A stretch of 64,000 bases of DNA from Raja brachyura (Eukaryota): NCBI GenBank assembly GCA_963514005.1, contig OY740787.1, positions 22,320,001 to 22,384,000 on the forward strand, read 5' to 3'. Of the stretch, positions 12,440 through 24,714 are shown one piece after another. The translations under genes were made by a program, and so were the position numbers. The notes beneath the pieces are model-generated. The model searched no databases and was not told the origin of the DNA. It worked only from the letters and a program-made list of their open reading frames with translations. Positions within the stretch are counted from its first letter, which is position 1, and the number at the start of each line of letters is the position of its first letter.

Positions 12440-13400
12440 CTTTAAAATAAGACTTGTCGCTCATGGTCTCTGATGCTGCCACCTCCGGCATCTGTTTGAG
12501 CTGCCTTGCCAAAAGGTGTTGGATCTGTGCTAGATTATTGGAGTGCGTTGTTTGTGGGGGTGGGTCGGGGAAGAGGGGGGGAGGGAATCAAAACAACACA
12601 AAAATAAAGGGCAAGAGTAAAACATCATTGTTGCATTGGAGACAGGGGTAGCTTTAGTGGTCTTGGATCCCTTTCATCATTGGGGAAAATTATACACTCC
12701 CTTACGGATACGCGATAATTATACATTTCTGTACAGAGGAACTTGACTATGCTCCAGAAATGTGACAGAAAGATGCCCAGGCACCGAACAGAACACATTT
12801 TTAGGGGGGGTTGGTGGGGGGGGGGGGGAGGGGGGGGAGGGGAAGAAAGCCTTATAACAGTCAGGAGGTGAAAGGGGAGGATCAACTGGCTATTGTGCTG
12901 AGTTTTGAGTTTGCATTATTCCTCATTTACCTCGTTGGGCGCAGTGATATGATTTGCGCAATGCAAGGTCGCAACATGTTACTTGAGACGACAATTTGCT
13001 GATTCAAGCGGGCGATTGTGTCTGGTGCCAGTCAGTCGCAATTAGGAAAGGCATTGGGGAGGCCTGGCGTAGCTGCAATGTCCTGGGCCCAGATGCATAG
13101 AAATCAGCTCACCTGAAACTAATTGTCACAACAGAGTCCTTATGCAAATGAGCCCCGGGGTTAGCGTGGGAAAAGGAAAACTGTCGCAAAGATAGGTGAC
13201 CTGCTGGGCAGGGGTCCGTTGAGGGAAATTCTTTGTTTGAGAGTAAAATTGTTATCCTTTGTTTAAATCCGGGAGCAAAAAAAGGAAAAGGGAATGTATC
13301 GTGCAGAAAATCCAACAAGGCTAGTCTATTTGCATTGCTCACAACTTGTGCATCAGATCCAAAGCAAAAATGCAGTGAACTTTACTTTTTACTTTTTTCT
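12440..13400. promoter_or_regulatory. Candidate enhancer/promoter-like block
   Basis: Repeat-free and locally GC/CpG-richer. Contains a C/EBP palindrome ttgcgcaa (~12954), an octamer atgcaaat (13142-13149) with a Sox-like attgtc ~20 bp upstream, and G-tracts at 12803-12842. Confidence 0.35.
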
Positions 13401-13999
13401 CTTTCTTGTGTGGCAAAAAACCCCAATAACAAACGAACTATTATCTTTCAAGATATTTTACCAGCTCTTTGTTCTTACTGAGAGACTCCCACCACCCACC
13501 CCCATTTCCAACCCAACCCCCACCCCTCGCCCTGGCCCGAGAAAAGTATTTACTTCCAAAAGCAAAGTAGCTTTTCTAAGCTGCCTTTCAAACGTGTTAG
13601 ACTGTAGTTGTTTTTTTTTAATATAATGCACCCCGGTCTTAAAGAAAAGTATTTTTAGCACAATGTCACATTGTTAAATAAAGAATGCGGTGGGGTAATT
13701 TATCCATTTCTTCAGAAAGTTGAGAACAGCCAAACATGGTATTGTTTGTGAAATTGTCCTCCTTGGAAATTATAATATATTGGTGAACAAGTTCAGGGAG
13801 CTTGGATGAAATGAAGGTTCTACATAAAAAAATGCTCAGATTTTATACACTCTGTCAGCTATCTCTTCCAAGTGTTGATTTACATGCTGTTTTTTTCTCT
13901 CCCAGAGTCTGGGCAGCAAGCAGGTGCTTCAGTAGGTTTAGCTTGCCACAGCTTGTGTGCTTGTAGAGTATAATCAGCAAATTCAACAGCAGATTTGGT

Positions 14000-14460
14000 G
14001 ACTGTGTGTTGCACATGTGCGTTTGTAAGTGTGTTCATAAGTCTTTTCTGATGTAGCACGTTTTCTAGTGTGTATGTTTGTCCGCATGTGTTTCTATATG
14101 TCTGTTTCTGTAGGTGCATGTATGTCTTGTATGCATTGTATGTCTTTATGTTTGCATGTACTTACAAATGTTTGTTTTTTATGTGTATGCCTGCATTTGA
14201 TTATCAAGTTTCTAGATGCATCTGTGTACCTGTGATTTAGATGCCTGCAAGAGTGTGCGTTTGAATTTGTGTGTGCACACATGTGCGTGTGTGCATGTAT
14301 GTGTGTGCATGCGAGTATGTGTGTCTGCGTGTGTCTGCACGGTTTGCTTATGCATATGTGTTTTTATGTGGGTACATTTGCGTGTGTGTTTGTGTTTTTA
14401 TCTTGAATTCATGTGTGGGGATTTGTATGTGTGGAACTGTATGTGTTTCTGTGCCTTTGT
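14000..14460. repeat. Degenerate (TG)n low-complexity tract
   Basis: Visible tg/tgca periodicity; it produces the spurious CVCVC ORFs. Confidence 0.9.
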
Positions 14461-16563
14461 TTTGGTAGCCGGCAGGTTTTAGAAGATATCTAACAGCTGC
14501 TAGATGATAAATTCACACCTCAAAAGTTTTTTTTTGTCCCTAGTGTCAGGTGGGGAAAGGGGACAGTTGTGGGTTGGAATCTTTCATCAAAGAGAAAGGG
14601 TAAAATAAAAGTGTGCAATGAAACCTACTGACTGTATTACAGATTTGAATGCATTGCCATCTGTGGGTTGATCAAACATAATAATACCTTCTTGCATAAA
14701 TTTTAATAATGTTTTCTCTGACTTTCATATAAGGGGTATGTTGGGAAATACTGTACGAAAGTAATTTCATTTGAAAAACTATGAAATGAGTACACAGGGA
14801 GTTGTGTCCCATATATGCGATAAATTAGACTGAAGCAGGGCTATGATATCAAATCTCCTTTGTCAGATTGTAGTTCACAAGTGACAGTCTGGCACCATTT
14901 GTAAACTGGATGGTGTTACCAGTGTCATCATTCCGGCCCTGTATCCCAAAAAAGCACTATTTTTCCTCCTCTTTCCCCTCACTCTCTCTCCCTCTTCCTC
15001 TTCATCTTCAATAATTTCAGTAAAATGAGCACCTCTTCTGCAGCAGCAAGGAAGTGTTCTGCCGCCAACTCATCAAACTTTAATCGTAACTGCAGCTTAG
15101 TTTTTGAATAAAGAACACTTAAAAAATTTAGATGCAAATTATTTTGTATTATTCATGCCCTTGGTGTCCTTGTAGATTTAAACACTTCTGAGGCCACCTT
15201 GATTCCAGTAATTACCTAGGCACTTGCTGCTCTGTCATGAATAAGGTATTTCATACAAGCAAAGTACGTGCCCGATGAGCTTTTAAAGTCGCTTTACACT
15301 AAACCTGTGTATTGCTTGGTGTGCATGAGTGAATATAACATGCGTTGTGATCTGTCTCAGGTGGTGCGAGGCTGGCTGTGCATCCAGGAGTGATGTGATG
15401 GGGACTGAGTGTCTCCTGCACATGGTCCCTCCAATGCTGTAAAAAACTTAAGAGAAATAGTCAACACTTTCAGTCAGTCATGGCTACTACAGAGCTATGT
15501 ATTTAATATTTAAACACTTTAATAATGTGGGGTTTGCCAGTATTGTTTAACATATCACCAATTTTTTTTTACATATATATATATAACGAAGACAAGAGTT
15601 TACCTTTTCCCTTCTTGAGCCAATCGTGTCATTTATCCTCATCGAAAATGCATTTCTCACTCTGGGTACAATTATGTAGTTTCCTGTTGCTGGTGGAAGG
15701 CAAGCTTCCAAATCTCAGAATTTTCAGTAATTACCTAATCCACACCTCAGTCTAATAAAAAAAAAGGTTTAAAAAATAAATAAGCAATGACAGGAAATGA
15801 GTTGAATGGAACAGATTGGAATTATTTATTTGCATGTTAAAAAGCAACCCTTTTTGGTGAAGTAAGAAGTAGAATTGTGTTTCAGTCACAACACAGAAAC
15901 AACATTTTAATACCTGTCCTTCTAATTATACACACAGTGTGCTGTGCTGTACACTTTATGCAGTTCTAATTTTCTTCTATAGATTCTTCCATTTATTTTT
16001 TTCAAACTAATGTCACAGTTTTATTATTCTTTTCCTCCTACTGTCACTTTTACAAATTTATTTTACACAAACTGTTAATAGCTGCATACAGTTTAATTAT
16101 TATTTTCTTACCACCCAGTCAGATCTAAGAGTTCACAGCTCTCTCTTAGCAAAAGGGATCTCCATAAAATGACAGAACAGTCCTCCGCAGATGGAGTTTT
16201 CCTGTGACGCAAAATGGCTCAAGGATTATGCCTACACACAAATGTGCCTTGAGAAGTGGGATGTCAAACACCTGTGGATTGGAGTTGCGTGAGCTGTAGT
16301 ATAACTTCAGTCTGTGCTGAACATCTCATTGAGACCAAACTGTGTTACCTTCAATTGAGTGTTATTCTCACTTTTTTTTCTCTGGAAGACTGAAAGTGCT
16401 GATTACAGGATGCCTCTGTAAATGCATGTTTTTTGTCAAATGAATTAGAAAGTACAATTTGAGGATGCGAAGAACCAGATGCTGTTTATTCATTAGCAGT
16501 ACGCAATGGAGAAACCAAACAATGAAGAAACCAAGCAATGAAGAACTCAATCCTGGTTACATT

Positions 16564-16755
16564 TTGTGTAGGAAGGAACTGCAGATGCTGGTTTAAACTG
16601 AAGATAGACCCAAAAAGCTGGAGTAACTCAGCGGGACAGGCAGCATCTCTGGAGAGAGGGAATGGATGACGATTTGGGTCAACCCGAAACGTCACCCATT
16701 CCTTCTCTCCAGAGATGCTGCCTGGCCCGCTGATTTACTCCAGCTTTTTGTGTCT
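16564..16755. mobile_element. Penelope-derived fold-back element with 14 bp TSD
   Basis: Inverted arms centred at ~16680; perfect TSD atcctggttacatt at 16550-16563 and 16756-16769. Confidence 0.92.
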
Positions 16756-16889
16756 ATCCTGGTTACATTATTACATATATCCTGTGGTATCACTAACTTT
16801 CATTATGTTGCAGTCTTCACCAGTTACCACCACAGCACAAAGTGGATTGAGAATGTCCAACAAAATTAAGTTTATGCAGAACATTATTT

Positions 16890-17250
16890 AGAGTCATTAG
16901 TGTACAGAACAGAAACATGCCCTTTGGCTCACCTCCTCCATGCCAACTAAAATGCCTATCCAACCAAGCTTCTGTGTGAAAAAATTGTCTCTCAGGTCCC
17001 TTTTAAATCTTCCCCCTCGCACCTTAAATCTATTTCCTCTAGTTTTAAACTCCCCAATTCTGGGAAAAAGACTGACCGTCCACCTTAACTACATCTCTTG
17101 CAAAGTTATATACTTCTATAAGATTACCACTCAGACTCAAACGCTCCAGGGGGAAAGTCTCCCAGCCCATCCAGCCTCGCTTTATAATTCAGACACACCA
17201 TTCCCAGTAACATCCTCATGAATCTTTTCAGCACTTCCCTGTTTAATGGC
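16890..17250 (-). mobile_element. CR1/HER1 LINE 3' fragment
   Basis: 'ctgtgtgaaaaaattgtctctcaggtcccttttaaatcttccccctcgcaccttaaatctat' is collinear with the copy at 24280. Confidence 0.85.
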
Positions 17251-18879
17251 ATAATGATGACAACAGCATTTGATGTTAACTATTTGCGACTCTGGTTTTA
17301 AATCCAGAGATGGTCAAAAGACTTTCAATCAATACAGAGGTATTATGTGATGTACTCGTGATCGAGAGGACTTAAATCAAGTTATAGTTTGTCTGTGATT
17401 GAGAAGACCTAAAACAAGTTACTGTATCTCAGTTTACTTACTTTAAATTTGGTCTGTGGTGAAATGGTACTTGAGAGGTTAAATATAGCTCTTTCATCAT
17501 ACAAGCTCAAAATAACTAAGACTTGCTAATGCATAATATTTATAGCTTCCACCTGAGAATTGTATTAATGTTTGTTTAATACAGCTGCCTGCTCTGGAAA
17601 TACCTGGAATATTAAGATTTGTAACTGAAGACAATGAGGTAAATGGGAATGGATTGAATCCGTTTATTTGGATGTAAAAATCCCTGATGTAAAAATCTTG
17701 TATTTTTACGGCCTGAGGTAGCATAATTCTTTGAGCACAGTCTAAGCCGGACTTTAGAACCTGCCTTGCTGGTGGTATATCTGCATCCAGCATCCCATTC
17801 ACTAACAAATCTATGGTGTTAGACATATATGTGAACAATAAACCATTAAGTATACACCCTATTTACATCATGAAATGAGTGAGACATAAGCCGATGAAGT
17901 GAGACGATGTAAGAGATAGCAGCAGACTATAAAAAGGTTTGCGTTAGCCATCGGCTTGTTGCTCTGAAACATTGCAAAAATGATTCCTGTTCAGTGAATT
18001 GCTTTGTTGTGATGTTGGCAAATGTGGCAGCCATTTTACACACATTAGTGTCCTTGTTGCTCTTTGAAATAAGAGTGTTGGCCAGAACACTGGGAGAACT
18101 GTGAACTTCTCCTCAGCTAATACCACAAATGTTCCCCGGAATAGATAATGAACCATCACTGATTGATGGAGAATGATGGAATAATGTGGCTTTTTTTTAA
18201 GGATAGAGGATATAATGGCTATCTAATGACCTGTGGGAGGATCCTTTCATTTAAGCGAAAAGCAAACCAAACATTTTGAGTCATAGATTGATACAGTGTG
18301 TAAACAGGCACTTTGACCCAACTTGCCCTCACCGGCACACAAATTAAACAATATTTTTGGGCGTATTCTATTCCTCAATGGGTTGATACAATAGGATACT
18401 CACTGCCGCTACCTATTCAGACCTAAATTGTAAATGGACCTCAATTAAGTCAGGGATTAGAAATGGACATAGCAGAGGATGCTGCTAACTTTATGTAACA
18501 TCTATCTGTCTCTCATTGATTTAAGCAAACTATAAAAGTGTACAGTCCACTTCCACTGGTTCCATGTAATGTAATTAATCTGGACAATTTGAATTGAATG
18601 CTTGCCTGCCAGTTCTAATGTGCAAATTGAATTGAAATTGCCACCTATCCATCTGCCAAAGGTATAAAATAAAGCAATTGACCAGATCATCCTAAACTAA
18701 TAATTTCCTACACAGATAATGTTCAACTGAGGATCCAACAATGTTTATGAGATAAGAACCCTGGCACAGTATGTTCAAAGTCCTAGAGCCAACTATGTAA
18801 TATCAAAATGATCAATCACTTATTCAAGAAAATAAATTAAAATAAGAAAACCCATCTGCACTTTTTGACAGCCAACAAT

Positions 18880-19072
18880 GTACCATTGTGGGCTCCACCT
18901 TTCCTTGGTCATCAATGCTGCTCCGAATTGTTGTGAACCTTTTCATACCTTTAGTTTCCCTCTCCCTTGACTCTCAGTCTGAAGAAGGATCTCGACCCAA
19001 AACATCACATGTTCCTTTCCTCCAGGGGTGCTGCCTGGCCTGCTGAGTTACTCCATCGTTTTGTGCCTATCT
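18880..19072 (+). mobile_element. Penelope 3' UTR and terminal repeat
   Basis: 'ctctcagtctgaagaaggatctcgacccaaaacatcac...gctgcctggcctgctgagttactcca'. Confidence 0.85.
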
Positions 19073-19339
19073 GCATTTTAGATATGTCCCTGACATCGGC
19101 CCATGTTTAGTTCATGCTTTTACAGACAATCTCCTGACAAAGGTTCACAGGTATAAGAATATGGCTGATGAGAGAAGAGGCTAGGGAAAAATCTCCTGCA
19201 TCCTCAAACGATACTCCAGTAAATCATTCTAACAATGCAATCTATGATAGTAAATCTTGACCAGATACGATGCTAAATTTTGAAAGATAATTTTTTTTAA
19301 AATTTATGTTAATTCTGGCAGATAAGAAAACATCTCACA

Positions 19340-19727
19340 GGTATCTGTGGCTAAGTTGGCAGCACTCCTGACTTAAATGATTATGGAGTCAAATCTCACC
19401 AGATTTGTCAAATATTTTGCTAATACTCCACGGTGGTACTGAGAAAGCACTGAGCTGTTGGAGATACTGACTCTTGGAGTAATGGATAAACTGAGGCCCT
19501 GACTACTCTCTCTCTAGGGACATAAGACAAATACCAGCATTTTGAAGAAAAGTGGAAACATTATTCCCAATACACTGGCCAATATTTCACTGTAACTCAA
19601 CGCGACCATAACATATGATCTGGTCGTTATCCCATTGCTGTTTATGGGAGCTTGCTATGCACATAAAACTCTTGCATTTCTTGTATCAGCAACTGCACCT
19701 CGGAAGCACTTCATTAGCTGTAAAGGC
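19340..19727 (+). mobile_element. Ancient DeuSINE, near full length
   Basis: tRNA-like head 'gtggctaagttggcagcactc', core 'aaactgaggccc...ctggccaatattt' and tail 'ctggtcgttatcccattgctgtttatgggagcttgctatgc...cttcattagctgtaaag'. Confidence 0.75.
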
Positions 19728-20099
19728 AACCCCTTTTCTTTTTAACTGAGGTAGAGTCATGGCCAGATAAATAGAAAGAAGATTTCCAATATTTAAACAA
19801 AAAGACTCCTGTCTTATTTTGCTGCAGAGGGTATTAAATGGCAGCCTTTGTTATTTTTGGGGCTTGTATTTAAATACAACTTAAAGTCAGCTCCAGAGCA
19901 GCTGCAGATGTCAGTGACTACTGAGCTTCATTTTCATCCATCCAGGAATAAATGTTTTCTCACATTTCTCAAGTTTAGAGATGACGCTTCTGAAAATATG
20001 GTGGTGGTTGTTTACCGATTATCGAATTTTGAATAGAAACATAACAATCATCTTTGAAGCTTTGAAGATAGCATGCTTCACATTTGCTGGGCAACGATA

Positions 20100-20335
20100 A
20101 AATCTGTATGAACTCAATTAGGAATTCAGAAGAAAGATCTTTACTGAGGGGGTGGTGAGAATGTGAAATTTGCTGCCTTACGTGAGTAGTTGAGGCAAAT
20201 AGCACATAGGCATTTAAGTGTATCCTGGGCAAGTAGAGAAGAGGCAAGAAATACGAGGAATCGATAATGAGACTGTGTGGGAATAACAGCGGGATAGACC
20301 AATTGGCCTGGATTTATGTTGCTACCCTGTAAGAT
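20100..20335 (+). mobile_element. Old CR1 LINE 3' fragment
   Basis: 'ctttactgagggggtggtgagaatgtgaaatttgct...gtagttgaggcaaatagca', the degenerate FTQRVV..WN region. Confidence 0.7.
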
Positions 20336-20574
20336 TTACGCTGTCCTCTGTAACATGATATGTCAAGTTTGTCGTTAGGACATCTGAAAAATGCAACAAA
20401 AGTTAAAAGGCAAATTTAACTTACCTATGTTTTAGGTTAATAGAAATCAACCCTGGAATATATGAGTGAAATGATTGTATAGTATTTTAGTTTTGGGGTA
20501 TTGCAGGTATTTTCAATGTTTTCTTGCTGACACTAGTTGGATGGTTTGGTGCAGATATATCACTTGACCTTTCG

Positions 20575-20622
20575 CCCCCCCCCTCCCCCCCTCTCCCCCC
20601 CCCCCCCCCTCTCCCCCCCCCC
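20575..20622 (-). repeat. Poly-C/G tract (G-quadruplex potential on - strand)
   Basis: Four or more long C runs separated by t/tct. Confidence 0.85.
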
Positions 20623-21469
20623 ATCCAGTCCAATAGGCTCCAATTCCCAAATATTTGTAGCTACCAAGTGAAATAATCAGAGAAAATGAAAAAGAGAAAT
20701 AGGTGAAAACTGGTTCTTGATCGCTTGCGCATGTACATAGTAGCAGCCAAAATTCAAAAGTGGAGTACAGTCATACCTTTCTATACAATATATGTGTATT
20801 TAGCATGAGCAAAACAAGGGTTTTAATTTTGAGCATTTTTTTGAGACATCAATAATTTTACACTGAGTTGCACGCTCCAGCCTCTGGGAGATGTATTTTT
20901 AGAGATGTCCATACAATCATGGAGGAATGGAAACAATTTTGGGATTTTAATCAATGCGCCAAGCGTCACATCACTAATTTTGCCCACTGCGATATGCAGA
21001 AGCACAAGCTTATAAAATCCATGACTCTGCAGAAAAAAATTAGAAGTGACTTTTAAAGGAGAGGCCTTGAGCAACTCTCTCCATTGTATAAATGAACAGC
21101 AATAGCAAGGTTTATCTTTAGTTCACAGATTAATTGGATTGTACTCTAAATGTTTTGATGGGTCTACACTCTTCAAAGCACATCTGTGATACCACCTCAA
21201 TGTGGGATTTTTATTATAACTGAAGGGAGCTGAAGAAAAGTTTTATTTTCCCCCTCTCAAGAGTAGACGGCATCAAGACAGGGGTCCCTAATCCATCATG
21301 CCCCGCAGGCAGAAGCATGCAGCTACCGGAGATGCCAGCCAGAGATCAGTCACTGCACAGACTCGGCAGTGAAATCCAAGACGATTTATAACAGTTAGGT
21401 AACTGCTTTGGCTCTGGCAGAGCATTAAGTGAAACTTTATGCTGTCGTGTGGGGGTGGAGGGTGGTCAA

Positions 21470-21543
21470 AGAGAGACAGAAAGAGAGTCAGGGAGAGAGA
21501 CAGAGAGAGAGAGAGTCAGAGAGAGAGCGAATGTGAGAGAGAA
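21470..21543. repeat. Imperfect (GA)n microsatellite
   Basis: Directly visible. Confidence 0.9.
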
Positions 21544-21649
21544 GCCTGACCCAGGAACACAAGGACTTATGCAAGCCTCATGCACTCGCACATTGCCCCT
21601 ACTGCCCACGTCATCCTAGCCACAGTCTCACATTCCTGCCTTTCTAGAC

Positions 21650-21663
21650 CCACTAGGTGGTAG
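21650..21663 (+). promoter_or_regulatory. CTCF-like motif
   Basis: ccactaggtggtag matches the core CCASYAGRKGGCRS at 13/14 positions. Motif match only. Confidence 0.25.
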
Positions 21664-22804
21664 ATAAGGTAGTTGAGGCCAGTCCACCTCCTCTGTCCAT
21701 AGATGGACAATGCCAGGAATGTCTGCAATGTGTTCTATTTTTGTCGCACCTATGTGTGGCCACCCATCTGGTCTTAATCAATCAGTCTCATCCCAAAGCT
21801 TTGTTAAACTACCAGCTGAAATAATATACTGCTTCATCAGGATACAGCCTGAAGGATGGCGGCTGTGCAAATCCCCAGCCAGAGCATGTTAATTGTAGTT
21901 ACATATCTGTGAACCTAGAAGCTAACAGGGAATCAGGGAGAAGGAAGGATTTATGTGATAGTGGTGGTAGTCGTGGCTGTGCTACTTTTAAAACAAAATT
22001 TGTCCACACCGTTTCTTAGGCAAAAAAGAAGTCTATTCGAGAGGGTGGGCGCCTGCATAGCAATCACCACCTCAACCTCCTTTTTTATGTCTATGTGAGT
22101 AGTCTTTAGATGGTGGGACTTTTTACTGCTGCCTAGGTAACTGCCTGGGAAGGTTGGAATATCCGGTGACGGAGTTGTGATTGTTGAGGGTCCTGACATA
22201 ACCTTTGTTATACTGAGGTGTTGGATGCACATTCAGACGTACACTTAGTTAGTTCTTTTCAGTGAACTCCCATCATTCCTTCTGCTGTTCTCCCCCACCC
22301 CCTTCCACCACTATCCCACCAACCCACCCTCTCTAACACCTCCTGCCAAGGAAACAACACAAGCCAGCTTTTGGGCAGAATCTAATGCTGACGACTGATG
22401 AGAATTTGCTGAAATTCTATTCACCCAGCGTTTCATAAACGTTAGTAAGTGTGTGCTGGACAATGTAAGTGCAAGGTATTCTGAGTGCAAACCACTTATA
22501 CACTCAGAATATGCACTCACTAAGTGTTTTTTACCTAAAGTGAAAGTATGCAGGAATTCTGCAGTATGTACGCAAGCAAGGAGGTGTCCAAGTTATGTGC
22601 AAAAGAGCAAATATATGTGCAAAGAGGGTAAAAGAAAATGTAAGAAAATATTTGAGAGCACATGAATTTGATGAATTACACTTGCCTTCATTATGAATTT
22701 TGTTCTCTACAATTTTCAACTGTTCTGGCTGAAGTTAGGAAGACTCTCTAGGCAAATAATACTTGGAAGTTTTAGAAACCGCCAGAGGGGTTTCTAAACA
22801 TAAT

Positions 22805-23020
22805 TGCACAAAACAAAAAAAGTTAAGTGCTGGAGCAACTTGGTGGGTCAGGCAGCATTTGTGGAGGGATGGATGGATGACGTTTCGGGTCGGGATCCTT
22901 CTTCAAACCCTTCATCAGTGTGAACATGAGTCTTCCCATTATCCCACTGATACTGCCTGACCAATGGAGTTCCTCCAGCAGTTTGCATTTTGCTATTCTA
23001 ACATCTGTAATTCCTTGCGT
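22805..23020. mobile_element. Penelope-derived fold-back element (older)
   Basis: 'gtgctggagcaact...ggtcaggcagcatt...gacgtttcgggtcgggatccttcttca' followed by the inverted 'ctgcctgacc...gagttcctccagca'. Confidence 0.8.
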
Positions 23021-24054
23021 TACCATAATTGCATGAAAGATTTGTTTAAAATGTACCTACCAACCCCACCCATCCAATTATCACCTCCAAAGAAGGTGCT
23101 AAAACATGATACAAGTTATTGCAGTTGTTAGGTATCCCTTAGGACCTTGGCCAATTCACCTCTCTGCATGTGTGAGTCTGTGCACGGAATGACTTCAAGC
23201 TATTCAGCCATTTGTGGGGAGGATGGGGTGAGGATAGGGGGGAGGGGGAGAGGTGATGGTTTCAGAGGGGCAATTCACAACTTGCCTTGTTCCTGAACTC
23301 AATTGGTGGCCAGATGCACACTCCAAAGGGGGTCACTGCTCAATCAAAAGGCAACAAACCTGTATGGCATTTCTAACCCAAGACCAGAAATGCTGAAAGA
23401 ATGTGTTGTGTTCTAAACAGCCATCAAATGTCATTTAGCCATTGCACCTAGGTTTATACTTGGCCTGATCATTGTTTAGAACTTTAAATTAATAACAAAG
23501 GAGGCAATTGTTCTTACATATTGCTCTTTAATCCCGTGCATTTTATATACACAAGCTTCTTCGCCTGCCTTCGAAATCTTTTTGCTATCCTTAATAGTCA
23601 TGGATTTTTGCTTCATTTGACATCATGAATGTGGATTGCTGCCCACAAACCACAGTCTCTGTCCATGATGTCACCTGAGGATGAACTCGCGACAGAATGT
23701 CTGCAGTGTGCTAGACTTAAACCAACAGTTTGTAACTTGATAAAAACCAGGGCTGAAAGGGACCAAGAGGCACCCATATTCATACAGGTATCCTCCTTCT
23801 AACGTTCCGCATTACAGAGTAATCTAATCAAGTACAATTCTCCTTTATTTGTGGAATTCTTTGCTTTAAAAAAAATTTTGCCAACTGAAAAAGCAGCGCT
23901 TTTCTATGCAATTTAAGTGCTAGTGGCACGATAGTCTGTTATTATCATGTGTGGGGAGTAAAAAACAATCTATATGTAGCATCATAAATTCACCACCAAC
24001 TGCTGGCAAAGTTATTCCAGCAAGGCAAGAATCAAGAGAGTTCTATTGTTATAT

Positions 24055-24605
24055 GTCATAGAGTCATAGAGAAATACAGTGTAGAAACAGGCCCATCGAC
24101 CCAAGTTGCCCACACCGGCCAACAATGTCCCAGTTACATTAGTCCCACTTGCCTGCGTTTGGTCCATATCCCTCCAAACCTGTCCTATCCATGTTCCTTG
24201 TCTAATTGTTTCTTAAACGATGGAATAGTCCAGCCTCAACTACCTTATCTGACAGCTTGTTCCATACACCCACTACCCTTTGTGTGAAAAAGTTATTCCT
24301 CAGATTCCTATTAAATCTTTTCCCCTTCACCTTGAACCTATGTCCTCTTTTCCTCAATTCCCCTACTCTGGGCAAGAGACTCTGTGCATCTACCCAATCT
24401 ATTCCTCTTATGATTTTGTACACTTCTATAAGATCGCCCCTCATCCTCCTGTGTTCCAGGAGACCCATCCTACTCAAGCTCACACCCTCTAGGCCTTGGA
24501 ACATCCTAATAAATCTTTTCTGAACCCTTTCAAGCTTGAAAATATCTTTCCTATAACATGGTGCCCAGAACTGAACACAATATTCTAAATGCGATCTCAC
24601 CAATG
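24055..24605 (-). mobile_element. HER1/CR1 LINE 3' fragment, relatively young
   Basis: ORF 24202..24705 reads LVRSHLEYCVQFWAPCYRKDIFKLERVQKRF...RRMRGDLIEVYKI...RGHRFK...FFTQRVVGVWNKL, the canonical CR1 ORF2 C-terminus. A (ctatgact)n-type tail lies at ~24055. Confidence 0.95.
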
Positions 24606-24640
24606 GTACTCTGTAAACACCATAATAAACAACAAAAAAT

Positions 24641-24714
24641 ATGTGTGTGTTCAGCGTGTGTGTGTGTGCGCGTGTGTGCGCGCGAGCGTGTGTGTGTGTG
24701 TACACATATATATA
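24641..24714. repeat. (TG)n/(CG)n/(TA)n alternating purine-pyrimidine tract
   Basis: gcgtgtgtgtgtgtgcgcgtgtgtgcgcgcg...gtacacatatatata. Confidence 0.9.

Noticed and set aside
11468-12512. Long ORFs in the supplied track that span X runs (also near 39.6, 58.5 and 62.1-62.5 kb)
   Set aside because: Artefacts of N gaps.
14094-14482. Cys/Val- and His/Thr-rich ORFs
   Set aside because: Translations of a degenerate (TG)n tract.
24202-24705. 167 aa ORF as a host gene
   Set aside because: CR1 RT C-terminus fused by chance to microsatellite-derived codons.
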